Shown one piece after another: positions 1 to 12,594 of a stretch of DNA of 64,000 bases. The notes beneath the pieces were generated by a model. The model was not told where the DNA came from. It made no database searches and saw nothing but the letters and a program-made list of their open reading frames with translations. The DNA is taken from positions 5,518,001 through 5,582,000 of the forward strand of contig OZ316776.1 of NCBI GenBank assembly GCA_973851085.1, read 5' to 3'. Source of the DNA: Ptychomitrium polyphyllum (lineage: Eukaryota). Positions within the stretch are counted from its first letter, which is position 1; every line of letters starts with the position of its first letter. A program made the translations under genes and the position numbers.

Positions 1-211
1 CTACTAATAGTAATCAGACAATTGGATCAATAGCAAAGCTTCTCCGTGACTTAGAAAATCCTCTTAAGTTTAATAATCTAAATTCTTTGTTTCTAGGAGC
101 AAGTACAATTGAATTGTATTGAGGAATCCTTGCAGGTTTAGAGCAATGTATAAGCTCTATAGCAGCAGAACCAACCTTACTTATAGTTCAAGGATTTACC
201 AAATTGCTACC

Positions 212-1111
212 TTTCTTCATGTGTAGCTTGACAATTATTGGAAAGATAACAAGAGCAAATATACAATGTGTTTTTGGTCTTTGCTTATTGCTAAAAGTAT
301 ATTTGAAGAAATACAAGTTTCTTTCTTTTTTATAAGACATATACATGATGATATAGATGCTTCTTTTGGACAATGGAGTATGAAATTACAAGAAAATGAT
401 TATCCTACCATTCCATTGTTGATTTGGATAAAGATCCTATCATTTTTCTCCTCACTGAAGAAGTTTCTGCATTCAAGTCCTTCATTCAAAGATACATCGG
501 TGAAGACTATCTCATTGAACATTCTCAAGGTTGGCAATTTTGTTTTTTTTATAGATTGTAATGGATGGCCTTTAATGCAATACAAATTGAGATGTATAAA
601 TGATAATTGGAAGTCAAAAGAAGGAATCAAGTTATAGCAAGAAGATGAAGTTGGAAAGCCAAAATTACCATTTGGAAATCTTCCTACTGTTCTACCATAG
701 CTAATGAAGGAACATGATGAAATCATAAAAGGCATTGATGATTTCATTGAACATTGGAAAAATACTAGTGAAGCAAATATGATGAGAGAATATACACATC
801 AACATAGACATCTTGTACAATATTGGACCAAGGTGAAAGAAGCTCTTTATGAAGAAGAAATGGAAGCAGTGGATGTCCTTTGTATGGACTTTTGGCCCCA
901 AAGTCGCCAATCTTTTGGTGTTCAAAAATTATATACTTTAAATGGACAAGTACAAGATGAATTTAGAAAAAATAATCATTATATTAGACCTAAGAGTCTT
1001 CGTCCAACACTTGAATTTCGAGTAGGACAAGATTGTCCTAATGGAGAATCCATCTCAGAATTGTATCACTTTCAGAAAATCATCCATATACACCACATGT
1101 GCAGTAGATAA
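212..1111 (+). mobile_element. Degenerate DNA-transposon transposase relic (DUF7869/Sola-like DDD/E fold); probably continues upstream of the window
   Basis: Hand translation gives LHV*LDNYWKDNKSKYTMCFWSLLIAKSIFEEIQVSFFFIRHIHDDIDASFGQWSMKL, matching the LDNcxkdNK...FLxvGHTHxDID motif. Stops and frameshifts, AT-rich. Family assignment is from motif memory only. Confidence 0.55.
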
Positions 1112-1234
1112 AAGTACTATCAACTACATGCAATTCATGGAGAATTGTAGCAGGCTCAAAATAAGATGATACGGTAGGAGGGCTTGGTATCCATACCCAG
1201 CTACTAATATCAAACAAAGAACTGTCGTTTATTG

Positions 1235-2044
1235 TTACAGAGGTTTCAGCGTCTTCTTGTTTGCATACGGGTAAGCCGGCTTATGGGTCTCCAAAGCAAA
1301 ACGGTGGTTCTCATTTGCAATTTCAACACGTTTTCCACACACTGCCTTTTCTCGCTTTCCTTCGTTCAGCTGGGACAATTCCGTAAAAGTGCTGAACTCC
1401 TTTAAACAGGACTGAATCATTTTCCCATTCGTTTCCAAGCTCTACAGGAACCTCGGTTGGACCTTTGAAGGCGTCTGTTTTAGAGCGCTTTGGGGGTTTC
1501 TTCGATCGTATCGTCGTTCCTCGATTACCTGCCGTCCAGCATTCTCATGGCAGAGGAAATGTTAACGTACAGTCATATTACTGGTCAGCGGAATCATTAA
1601 CGAATTTATGGAAGCATCCGACTCAATAGTAAATGTTAAACAGCGATCGATGTATGTACCTTCTAAAAGCTCGGAAGGTCTCAAATAGACCACATCACCG
1701 CAATCCTCAGTTCCGCTGCGAATAAAAGAGCCATGTACAGGTATCTCGATTGGTTTCCGCAGTCCCATTCTTCCACCCTTGATTTGGAATTTTGCATGCA
1801 ACTCTAGATTCGCATGGCTCAAAACCAATGGGGTGTAGACTTCGACATCATCGTCTAGATATGCTTCAGTCGCCAAAATGCGGATCACGATTTTGCTCTG
1901 GTGACAGTAAAGGTGTTAGCCCGGAAGTTTTTGGGTAAGCTCCACTGGCCCACAGTGAAAGAACTCCTCATCCTTGCAACCATTATAGCCATGGAGAAAG
2001 GTGTGAGCTCTGGCCACCCAGGCAGGGCCATGATCAATCTTTAC
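1235..2044 (-). pseudogene. Coding-like segment of unknown identity, probably a decayed gene
   Basis: Acceptor-like ggcAG at 2045-2049 is followed by VKIDHGPAWVARAHTFLHGYNGCKDEEFFHCGPVELTQKLPG*HLYCHQSKIVIRILATEAYLDDDVEVY... (ORF 1562-1888), with one in-frame stop. No recognised domain. Confidence 0.25.
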
Positions 2045-2516
2045 CTGCCAGCAAAGTTCACAAACAGTATGAAGATATATGACATCTTCTGATTATACAA
2101 AAAGGCATTGAGTGAGCTTCCAGTTCGACCAGAATGAACGTTCGATAGGTACTAGAATGAGAGGAAAATGCTCTACTTCTCAACGTAAGGTAAGTCAACT
2201 AATTACGCACGTCCGAAGGAGATGCTAGCTAATGTAACGTCAAAAAGGAGAGAGAAAGATGCTACAGTAGTAGCATAATAGTTTCAAGTAAAACCTGATC
2301 ACAGACGAGTCAAGTTCAGCAGGAATAATTAGCCTCAACTGGCACATTCATATAGCACTGAAGAATAACAACTGTGTGGTTACTCTACTAGTTGCCTTAT
2401 TAAGCTCAAAATCAGTTAAATCAGAGACGCCTAGAGTAAGAAATCTGGTTGAAGTCGAGCTGTCCATTGCTGAGCCACTTCAGTTTGTTTTGTACAGGCT
2501 TAAAGTGGCAGTGCAA

Positions 2517-2693
2517 GATGGTGCTGAAGATGGTGCTGAAGATGGTGCTGAAGATGGTGCTGAAGGTGGTGCTGAAGGTGGTCCTGAAGGTGGTGCTGAA
2601 GGTGGTGCTGAAGGTGGTGCTGAAGGTGGTGCTGAAGATGGTGCTGAAGGTGGTGCTGAAGATGGTGCTGAAGGTGGTGCTGAAGATGGTGCA
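2517..2693. repeat. 12-bp minisatellite (GRTGGTGCTGAA) x14.7
   Basis: Counted directly: 14 full units plus a partial unit. Two variants (GAT/GGT) and one GTCC substitution. Confidence 0.97.
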
Positions 2694-3019
2694 GCAGAGC
2701 TCGTTGCCTAGGAACAAGCGCATGCCATATGAATGAGCCAGCAACATGAATACATGTTGGCTTGAGTATAGAAACTCTTGGACTTAAAAGGTCCTGTTTG
2801 GATTTTAGTATTCATGATGTTATCGTTGTTATCGCTAAAAACAAGGTGCAGTGAAGCTGCATAAGCTGCAAGTGGCATTCTTCAATGATCCATGCAAATG
2901 AATTTTGAGTACTAACTTTGAGCAAAATGCTTCTCGGATTTTGAGCTCTCAATTCCAAGAAAGAAAGAAAGTGTTGGATTTGCAGGACTTGGCTTAATTT
3001 TAGTGTAGTGAAGTTTCTA

Positions 3020-4570
3020 AATTGCAATTTAATCCCTAAATGATTACGGTATTTTTAGACTACAAGTATTCTTGAAACATTATATGTATAAAGGTAAGTG
3101 AAATATAGAAATTTCAATTGTTAAATCTTGTAGGAGATTTATTATAAATAATATTGAGAACATCTAAAATTATGAAGAATTATAAATTGGTAGTTTATAA
3201 TGATTTAGTGCTAAAAATGGTTTTAAGATTTGGTTGGTAGCACTTTGATATTGAAATGCTATTATGAACCTACTTCAAGGAATAATTAAGCAAAAAGTGC
3301 CCATATGCAAATTTTCTTATATAAAAATGTTTATTAAATTTTCAAAATACTTCAAAATAATGCTATATTTTTACTACAAAAATCGAACTTAATAAGAATC
3401 CAATTAAATAACTTTCATCAAAATAATACATTGCATAATGGAATAACAACTCTTTAAATCTTCAATCATTCAATGTATCAAGACAAAGACATTTGATACA
3501 TTTAAGAGTTAGTAAACAAAAATTACAATGAAATGTTGAATATAAGTATAATATAAAAAATTATTCTTTAATTGTGCAAAAGATCTGACCAAAGAATCAT
3601 CAAATTATCAACAATCTTAGAATTGTGTAACAAGTCCATTTAAAAAAGACACTTTGGTTTTTACCACATTCAAATGCATTATATTTATTAAAATCATTGT
3701 TTTTTAAGCAATTCAAATTCAAATAAACATAGAAGGTTATAAATTATGGATTTAAAATTATTGATTTTGACATCATAATGATTGTTTTGTATAAGTCCAC
3801 ATGATGCTTATTTAAGCAAGATAAGAATATAGGTAGTTTAAGGAAGAATCTTAGGATATGCAAGAATATTCTCTATTTTTTGCTTAGCATTGTCTAATAA
3901 TATTAGGACATCCTTTCATTATCTATATTGAAATAAATAGTAGAGCTATTTTACATGTAGCCATATTGATAAATTTTCATTTAAGAATTTAATATCCTAC
4001 AAGCCATTATTAAAATGAACTACTCTATCATACTTTTTTGATCATAGAAACATATCTTTAAGATTGAAAAAATCTCTTGTTTGAAGCAAATTTATGATAA
4101 ACATATACCAAAGCTTTAGATCCATCTCATAATATATTTCTTAATAAAAAATCCTTAAAAATACGTTCTTCTTTTGTTCATGTATAAGTATAAGAAAATA
4201 GGATTTTTTTATTTTTTATTACAATGTGCCAATTTAAGATTTTCTTAGATTCTAATACCAGTATATTCCACTTGTATTTCTATATTGAGCCTTCTTTTAG
4301 AAGATTTTAGCAAGTGGTCTTTTCACTTGATCAATTCATATACATATAATCATTCAAGTCATTAGTGTTGAGTTCTTAGCCTTCAATATTGCTAAAATCT
4401 TTTTGAAAAATCCATAAAGATCTTTATTAATAAGATTTTATCAAATTTTAGGACATGTTTAATGAACAATAATATAATAGCAATGATTTAGTAAATTAAG
4501 TTAAAAACAAAGTTGAACCAAAATACTACCTTATCATTGTGAAAGGTCAATACAAATAATGATATTTCCA
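3020..4570. other. Very AT-rich ORF-free tract, probably an ancient decayed TE
   Basis: No ORF of 60 aa or more in the track, and visibly far more AT-rich than the genic regions. No termini identified. Confidence 0.3.
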
Positions 4571-7288
4571 TATAAATAATTTAATATCACTCTATTTGCA
4601 TCGATATAGAATTGCACCTGCTACCAATGTGAACGGCTCATTGCAGAGTGCTCTCCAACAAAGTGGCATTGGAATGGGCGGTGTAGGGAGTACTTTGGTG
4701 CGAGCGTTGGATGAGAGAGGAAGCAAGGAAGCTGGACTGGAACCAGGATTAGGGTTTCACGATAGCGTTGGCGAACCTCAACGGCTCTTCACTAAGCCCT
4801 AATTCTAGCCCTAACCCTAATCCTGAGCCCTCGTCCCCCATGGCAGCCGCCATCGCCACTATATTGCCATCTCCGCACTGTTGCTTCCCATGTTCTCGTG
4901 TCTCCACTTCAACGCTCTCCGCCAGTGCGGGGCTAAACATTCAGGATTGAATAGTTTCATTGTACGGTTTTTCTGCTCTGTCTTGTTACTTGGCAGCATT
5001 GCTGAGTGCACCACACCGGACCACCTCGGTGAGTCGGATATGGTGTCCTCCTCCTTCCCTGTTGCCAACACGGATCTTCTGTCTCTACCTTGAAACCGCT
5101 CATTAGCGGCGTACTTGGGCCCTGGGACTCGACACCCCAGAGGAGACTGACATACATCTTGGTGTTGATTCGAGTTTTGGGTCTTGATTAGGGGGTTAGG
5201 GTTTGCACGATGAGGACATCTCTTTGTTTGGTTGAGAGTACGCTCGGTGAAACATCCAAACCTCCTACTCATTCTGAGTGCAATTAGTTCTTTGATCAGT
5301 TGAGGCACGTGATGAAACGATTTCGAATGGGTAATTTGCGCCTGACTTCTGTGATGCGAAACACCTTGGAGAACTGATGCCTTTGTCTTGGTACTATCTG
5401 TTTTTTTGGTTTGGGGCCAGTGAAGGTATTATTTTGGAATTACCGGCTGAGTGGCCTTACGAGCTTTGTGCTGTGATCTGGCTGATTGAGGCCTTCTCTA
5501 GATATAGTGAACGTCTGCCAACCTGCCACGAAGTGGGTAGCATGTGCGGTGACCTCACATTCGACCAGGGTTAGACAGATTGTTTTTCACTTCTCGATAG
5601 GAAGCCATTTGCGAGTTCGTTGCTTCATGGTGCCAGTTAGGGTGATAATATTAGACATCGTACTGTTAAAGTTGCACCTACCCCAAGATGATAATCTCCC
5701 AAGATAGGAAGTGCCGTATGACATTCAAAGTCTCCACTGGATTAACTCTTCCTTACCTCTGTATTGAGACTCTACTGTAGTCTCGAAGGCTTGGTATTGG
5801 ATAGGTGGTTCTGGTGATGGCGAATGATTTGACACGGGTTTCTGAGGGTTTGTGTTCTAATTTTCTAATCTGACTGGTATTTCAGTTTGCGCCCCTTTAC
5901 CAATACCAAGAGTTAACTCAATACTTTATGGTTTAATGGCGGTTGCGCGAGATTGATAGCCGTGGTTATACTGGATCATTGGGTGCTTGTTGGTCTCTTT
6001 GAGGCCGGGAAACCCACGGAAAATTTATGCTATGTATTTGCTTAGAGAAAATTCACATGGCCTGTACACTTAAGAGGAAGTTTTTGTAGCATTGAGCTCT
6101 GTGATGTTCGGGTTTAACTACCCAATATACGCTATTCTGAAAGCCCTATGGCATTGTGGATGACGATAACTGAGACTCATAGTGTCCACCTTTTAACGTG
6201 CATGTAAACATCCCTGTCAATATTCAAGATGATCTGGAGCTTGGTATATCTCAACAATATGAAACAATTCTGTCAGTCTAAATTCCACACGTACTCTGGG
6301 AAAATCTTTGTGATAACCACTTACAATTATGATAAATACTTTGTGCTTTAAATTGAAGGGTAAGTTATTGTATATTAAATTTAGTGTCACGCATTGCGTG
6401 TTAAAACCATATTTTTAAAGTCTGCCCACTCGTCCCTTATGTTCAGCATGTGAAATCTGATGAAGAAGGTAAACTATAACACCATGGACAAAATCATTGC
6501 TACTCTTGATACTGAACGATTACTTAGTTCTTTATCATTGAGCTTATTCTATGGGAAGCCACGAATATAAAAGCCTAGTATCCAAAATGGCTTTCTCATC
6601 CTCACAATTGGGTGGCTAGGTAGGTTTTGCTAGTTCAGGGTAAATCATGATCACACGCACTCCGGAAGGCGCAGCTCATGCGAGTACTTAATTATCAGTA
6701 AGTAAGTCTATATTTATTGGCACAGTTTACTATTCCTCTAAGAGACGATCATTCAGAGTGCTTCAAATGTCGAGGAAAGGCCTTGAATTGCAGACCATTG
6801 CTGCATAATGAAGGTTTATTGTACTAGTACATGAAGTTTCTCTCCAGTAATCGTCTGCCATTAAATGATGCAGATACTAGTTCTTTCCTTATGATAGTTT
6901 GCAAAGCAGAATCTGGATGATCAGAAATATCCTTAAATTTGAGGTCTTAGAGTGACCACAAATTCTCTTGCTGCTGTAAATTTCCAGAGGAGTAAAGCAA
7001 TTGTCTCTCTGGTGGCCGTGCCAAAGCTCCTTCAAAAGTCAGAACTCAGTGAGCTAAGTACTCCCCAACATTCAGCCATAAGTTGGGCAGCATTCATATG
7101 ATTTCTTCTAATCAATTTCCAGGAGAATCCCTCCCAATGGCCACCGTGACATGTACAAACACAGCACCGCATTCAACCAAGCCCTTCGGATGCTGGATTC
7201 TTCGACGTCACTCAGAGGTTCGACACAGAATGTCACTAATTTATATGGCTATATGCACGGGTACAGTCAATGATCGGAGAATCCTAAG

Positions 7289-8672
7289 ATGAGGATTCCT
7301 CGGTTGGCACCAGCCTGTTACATGGTTCTCCTCATCCTCGCATTTTCAGCGGTGAATCTAGATCCTGTGAATGGAGCCCGGCTGAACAGCAAGACGTTCA
7401 TCATTCACATGATCAAATACCTTGTCACTAACCTGCTCGCACTTCAACATCGACTCGGTAGCCACCTGGTATATCCAGCTCACGAGGCAAGCCAAGCTGG
7501 TTCAGGGTGACAATCCCCCAACGACCCGCCACGATAGCAACGACGCCCTCCATGATGTTTGTAACAAGGTATTTGACAGATTCTCAGCTCGTCTCACACT
7601 CGAGCGAGCAGGTCATCTCGAAAGCTTACCAGGAGTCACAGGACCCTAGTCTGAACAATTTCTAACTCTCCGTTCTACCCACAGCCCAAACCTTCTGAGC
7701 CTGACGGACCATCACCAGAACCACCCCTCGCGGTCATGGCAGCTCAACCAGGAAGGAGACTACGTGATCATCGGCGTCATCGACTCAGGGATATGGCCTG
7801 AATCCCAACTTGAACGACCAAAGGCTGGGACCCATCCCGGAGAGATGGCGAGTATGCGAAAGTGGTCCCCACTTCAAAGCTTCAAATTGCAACAAGAATA
7901 TTATCGGTGCATGGTACTTAGTAAGGGCATAAACGAAGCTGTCGACAATATCAGATCTGCAAGGGATCAGACCTGACATCGCAGCCATTGTGCTTCCATA
8001 GACGCACAGAGTTACGTGAAGCGAGCAAACTTCAGCGACCCTACAGCAGGAACAGCGGTAGGCATGGCGCACAAGGCGCGCATGGCAGTCTACAAAGTGT
8101 GCTTGGGTTCAAGTGGGTGCTCGAACTCTGATATTCTGGCAACTTTTGACAAGGCAATAATAGACGGAGTTGAAGTGATCTCCATTTCTATCGGCCCATC
8201 TCTGGAGGAGTTGATGAATTCTACGAAGATTTCACGGCGAGAGCAGCTTACAGCGCTGTGCAGGAAGGCATCTTCATTGCCGTCAGCGCTGGTAACGCAA
8301 ACCCCTCGGTTGGCTCCATCACCAACACCGTTGATTCACGACCGTTAAAGCAAAGCAAGACCGCGATACTGATGGTAATGCCAAGCTATGAAATGGAATT
8401 ACACTGATAGACCGATCTGTCTTGGATGGAGAAAGCTTGTCGGGCAAAACTTCGTCTATGAAACTTCGCTAGTCTATACAGGAGTTGCAGCTATGAACGA
8501 GAGCTTTGCAGGGGATGTATGGTTCTGTCTGCGAGACGTCATTACACTTGACGTGAGTCTCATGAAGATGCTTGCAACTCCTTGGTCTTTGCATCGGGTC
8601 CTGTCAACGCAGCACGAGAATTTTGGAAGAGATACCACCTGTATATGTCGATCAGAAAATTCAGAGTCCTGA
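7289..8672 (+). pseudogene. Subtilisin-like serine protease (S8, plant subtilase) pseudogene
   Basis: Signal peptide (MRIPRLAPACYMVLLILAFS), I9-like prodomain (KTFIIHM...FSARLT...LPGV), catalytic-Asp motif VIIGVIDSGIWPES, then NCNKNIIGA, GTAVGMAHKARMAVYKVC, SDILATFDKAIIDGVEVISISIG and VSAGN. Pieces fall in different frames with stops. No catalytic Ser motif (GTSMA) seen. Confidence 0.88.
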
Positions 8673-10187
8673 ACACCGTCCTGAACTTGCAAGAATCCAG
8701 TACTAAAGCACCACAAAAGAGCCAATCACATAAGTCTGAAAAGTGATCATGGCCCAGTAGAGGTGTGAGTCTCTTTTGGCTCAGCATCAATCAGCGAGAC
8801 ATCACGTAATGGTGACTTACATTGTCTAATTGGAAAGGCTCTTCGCCCATGCTTCTGATTTTTACCGAATGTTACAAAACAAAAACATCACAAAATGTAG
8901 GATGAATCGGTTATATATGTGCATACTAGCCACTCACTTGCAAATTATGAAGATAGTATTTTACAAGTGCGTGTCTTGTGGTTCAACCTTAGTTTGTCTA
9001 CATCAATTTCAGACATTGGGCAGCGTTTTTAATCATAGCGGGTCCTTCATTCCTCCTCAACATGGTGCCATGCTTTCAAAGAACCTTGAAATATTCAGTC
9101 TTTACTGCTTTACCTCACAGATGACATGTCCTGGCTATATCTCTTTCGTAGTGTGCAGGACGCAGGACTTCTAGTGAGCGAAGTGATAGAGCGATCAACA
9201 TTCACTTTAATATATAAAGGTGAAGCGACAAAACACAAACTACAATATAGTTGATTTAGTGTTGCAGTGTAAAGTAGCCCTCGTTCACTAAAATTATCAG
9301 ATATTATTCTATTCTGGAAGCCTCAAAGTTTCAAACCTCTACGAGTTCAGGAGTGTTGTTTGTAGAAGTGCAAACACACTTTATATCACAAGTTAACAAG
9401 GACCTTACATTTGGAAATAATCTAAAGAAACCTTCAATCTGGAACATTTGGTGCTCACCAGCATATCCTGTCGTTGTTGGCCGCTACTTGAATGCGATGG
9501 CTGGATGAGAAGCTGTGAGTATGGTAACACACAGTCCCTAGAATTCTCAGGCTTGGCCCTCTACAAAGGTTTTCCTACCATGATGCATCGTCAGGCTTGA
9601 ACATTACACGACTGCAGAAGCTACGAGTTCCAAAACTCTACAATTTTGTTGCAAATATTGAACCAAAGCGAGATTCATAGTCTTCACTGCAAACCACGAA
9701 CTTCAATACTGCTATTCTAGGAGTAGCTAATCTATATCATAGAAATTCCACCAACAGCAATAAAAGTTCAGCGATTGAACGTAATGATTCCTTCAAATAA
9801 AATCATTCTTATAGAAATATCAAGGAAAGTAGAAACAAAATTGTGATTTATGTATTATCCTGCTAAAACATTGCGTTAATACAATTTGTGATGGTATCCC
9901 AATCTTAGTACCTCCAAGCATTTACTACTGATACATTGACGTTACTAGAAAAGCGTAACCTTGCACCTCAGCTTTCTTCTCTAGTCAATATATCGTATCA
10001 ATTGAAACAATAGCAGAGAGCAAATCTTAATCAACTTCAGAAAAGGCGGGTTCAGCTACTTGAAAACATGACGGAATAGGCTGGTAGCTCTAGCACATAA
10101 GGCCATGGCCCAACCAGGTGGAACTTTAAACCGCAGTAAATCACTCGTTTTCATTCTTGGTATCTTCTTGGTTAATAAATTTGTTTC

Positions 10188-12594
10188 TCAGAGGGCTTTC
10201 TGCACACCTGAAGCGCTTGGGTTAGCAGGAAACAGACGATTCTGATATCTCTGCGGCCTCAAAGCATTCGCCTCCTCCACGCTCTTCCTCAACTCCCGAA
10301 CAGCAGTTCCCAAATCTATCACAGATCGCACCACATACAAAGTACACCGCTTACAAGGAGAGTGCTAATCGTGCGAACAAATTCAAATTTTCAATATGAA
10401 AGAGTCTCCTCCATGAGGGCAGAGTTGTGGACATTTATTATGTGGAATCAGCCCACCACCTTCGATTCCTTTCCCTTTGCACGTGAAAAGATAGATGGAT
10501 ATTGAAACTAGACAGAAGACAAGAAAACAGTCTTACCATCAAGTAGAGGAAGATTCTGCAGCTGATCGAAGGCATCCAAGAAACTGGCCTTCGCTTCCAC
10601 AAGAGCTTCTAAGGCTTTTATATCCCTCAGTAGTTTGGCTCTTTCCTTTTCAGCCTGTATGGTACGATAAATTGCCCCACAATCATCCCAGGGTTTGTCA
10701 AGAAGTGCAGAAATAGTAAACATGAACACGCATCCACCTCAACATCTAAAACAATGGACAATCCCTGGAAACATATCATTCTTTGCAGGGATTGTCCATC
10801 CAAGGGTTAGTCGGTCCAAGCTAAGGGACTCACAGCAGCCTTTCGTTCACGAAGACTAATCAGCTCAGCGTCCAGCCTGGCATCTTCATCTTCGCATACG
10901 TTCAAGGACACGTCGACCTACAGCAGACAAAAATTCAGTAAATCAGATGCACACGACTTGAATGAAAATACATCAGACAGAGAGGTGTCTCTCAGGCAAC
11001 CCAAGAAGTGGTCTTCTCAGTATAACAAAGCCCAGATTCGGCGAAAATGCTTCTCCAACATATTGCACTCGTATCCAAGCGAAGCATGTTTGTGATGGTG
11101 AGAAATTTTCACACTCAAACCGTTCCAATTTCAAAGTTAAAAAATTTGAAGAAACGTAAGTTATGCGCAACTGCTCCTGAAGCAAGCAGAGTGGAAGGAT
11201 CAATAGTAACAACGCGCCAGCTAACTTCAGAAGTTGCTAACTTAATCAAATCTAGTACTGAATATTCACCTTCTCGGGCAAGACGAGACCGGCTGGGACT
11301 TTTAAACAAGCTTCCTTACAGTAAGTCTCCCACGGCGCTAGGTCTTCTTCCAAAAACTTCGTCAAAAACTTCTCGAAAACAATGGACAATCCCTGCAAAC
11401 ATATCATTCTTGCCAATTAAGAAGCCTCAACAATCAGAAAGTCCTTGTCAGAAGTTTAATATCATGTCCATAGCACGAAGACAGACTTAAATCACGTGCT
11501 AACAAGATCATAGCAATTCGGAAACAAACGATGAGTGGTCTTCAAATCAGCAAGACGTACCTGTTCTAACGCTTCGTGCGATTCCTTGCTAGTAATCTTT
11601 AACATTCGTGTAGCATGCCTGCAGAAAGACATAATACTCTTAACTAAATTTGTAAAATTCCCTAATCAAACTCTTATCCCCTTCCAGAGACACTGCCCGA
11701 AAGTCCTCGAACGAACAAACTACTGACCAGTTTTCTCAATAAAATGAGGCCTCCCTCCCAGCATTCCTAGTTATCGTGGGCATATGGCTAATTGAGCTCG
11801 CAATGCTTCCAGTCATCTATACTGATGATAACAAAGACCTACTTACTAAAGAGTCCTCTGCATCGCCTCACAGCCCAGGATACGAATTACTGTAGCGAAC
11901 TACCAAAGGGCAGAATGTTAACATACATATCGATCTCTGTAAAGCGGTTCATAGATATTTCGATGACCTGAAACGCCAACAAGATGCATACAGCTTGCGG
12001 GTCAGATAAGCCAAACGACACGCTTTCCTATAAATCAGTTACAATTTCATGATACTGGAAACATCGAATCAAAAACTCTATCATACACCTAACTACCCCG
12101 ACAAACAAAATTCCCGTCAACACGGATACTGCAAGTACCTCAACCAGCAAATCAACAAGAGAACATCATATCTAGCAACAAAAGAACCAGTCTAACCTAT
12201 ATTCTGCAGAAGTTTCATTAACCCAGTTCACAAGTACGAGGATTTAATCTAATTTCAATCAAGCCAACCCAACAAGCTCGCAACGAAAAACAAGAGATAC
12301 CCAACTCAAAAAATTCCTCCCGAAAACCCAGCAACGTCAATACAAACCCTGCCAATGACCTTTGTCGCGACACACAAGGTGCACGCCTCCAAAAACCACC
12401 AAACAATTCACAAACAATAGTAGCACCAAAACTGTATAAAAACCAAAAACAGCAACACAAATCGAACTGCAATGAGATCGAGAATCTCGTACAGCATTGA
12501 CGATCTCGGCGGTGAAAGCCTCCTTGTCAAAAGTGAGCACATGGAGCGGGTATGCAGCAAAAACACTCGGTGGTTCCATCGTAGCATCCTCCAT
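10188..12594 (-). CDS. MIS12: Kinetochore protein Mis12 homolog, 7 coding exons, about 217 aa
   Basis: Phase-consistent GT-AG exons 12594-12493, 11967-11927, 11618-11561, 11392-11270, 10917-10834, 10654-10537, 10315-10188. Product ...LTFDKEAFTAEIVNAVIEISMNRFTEID...LAPWETYCKEACLKVPAGLVLP...LDAELISLRER resembles the plant Mis12 pattern (FINEVLN...WEKYCLRHCFxVPEGFVLP...LDAEL). An alternative last exon near 9484-9512 is possible. Confidence 0.8.
10748..10799. repeat. 36-bp copy of the Mis12 intron3/exon4 junction followed by an 18-bp inverted copy
   Basis: 10748-10783 matches 11376-11411 (35/36). 10782-10799 is the exact reverse complement of 11382-11399. Confidence 0.92.

Noticed and set aside
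2376..2747. Three ORFs over the 12-bp repeat (AEDG, KMVL and TIFS repeats)
   Set aside because: They are open only because the unit has no stop codon; no independent support for any of them.
4596..6200. GC-richer gene-like stretch with telo-box-like CCCTAACCCTAA and MAAAIATILP start
   Set aside because: No consistent exon chain or recognisable domain could be built; it may be a pseudogene or lncRNA but cannot be supported.
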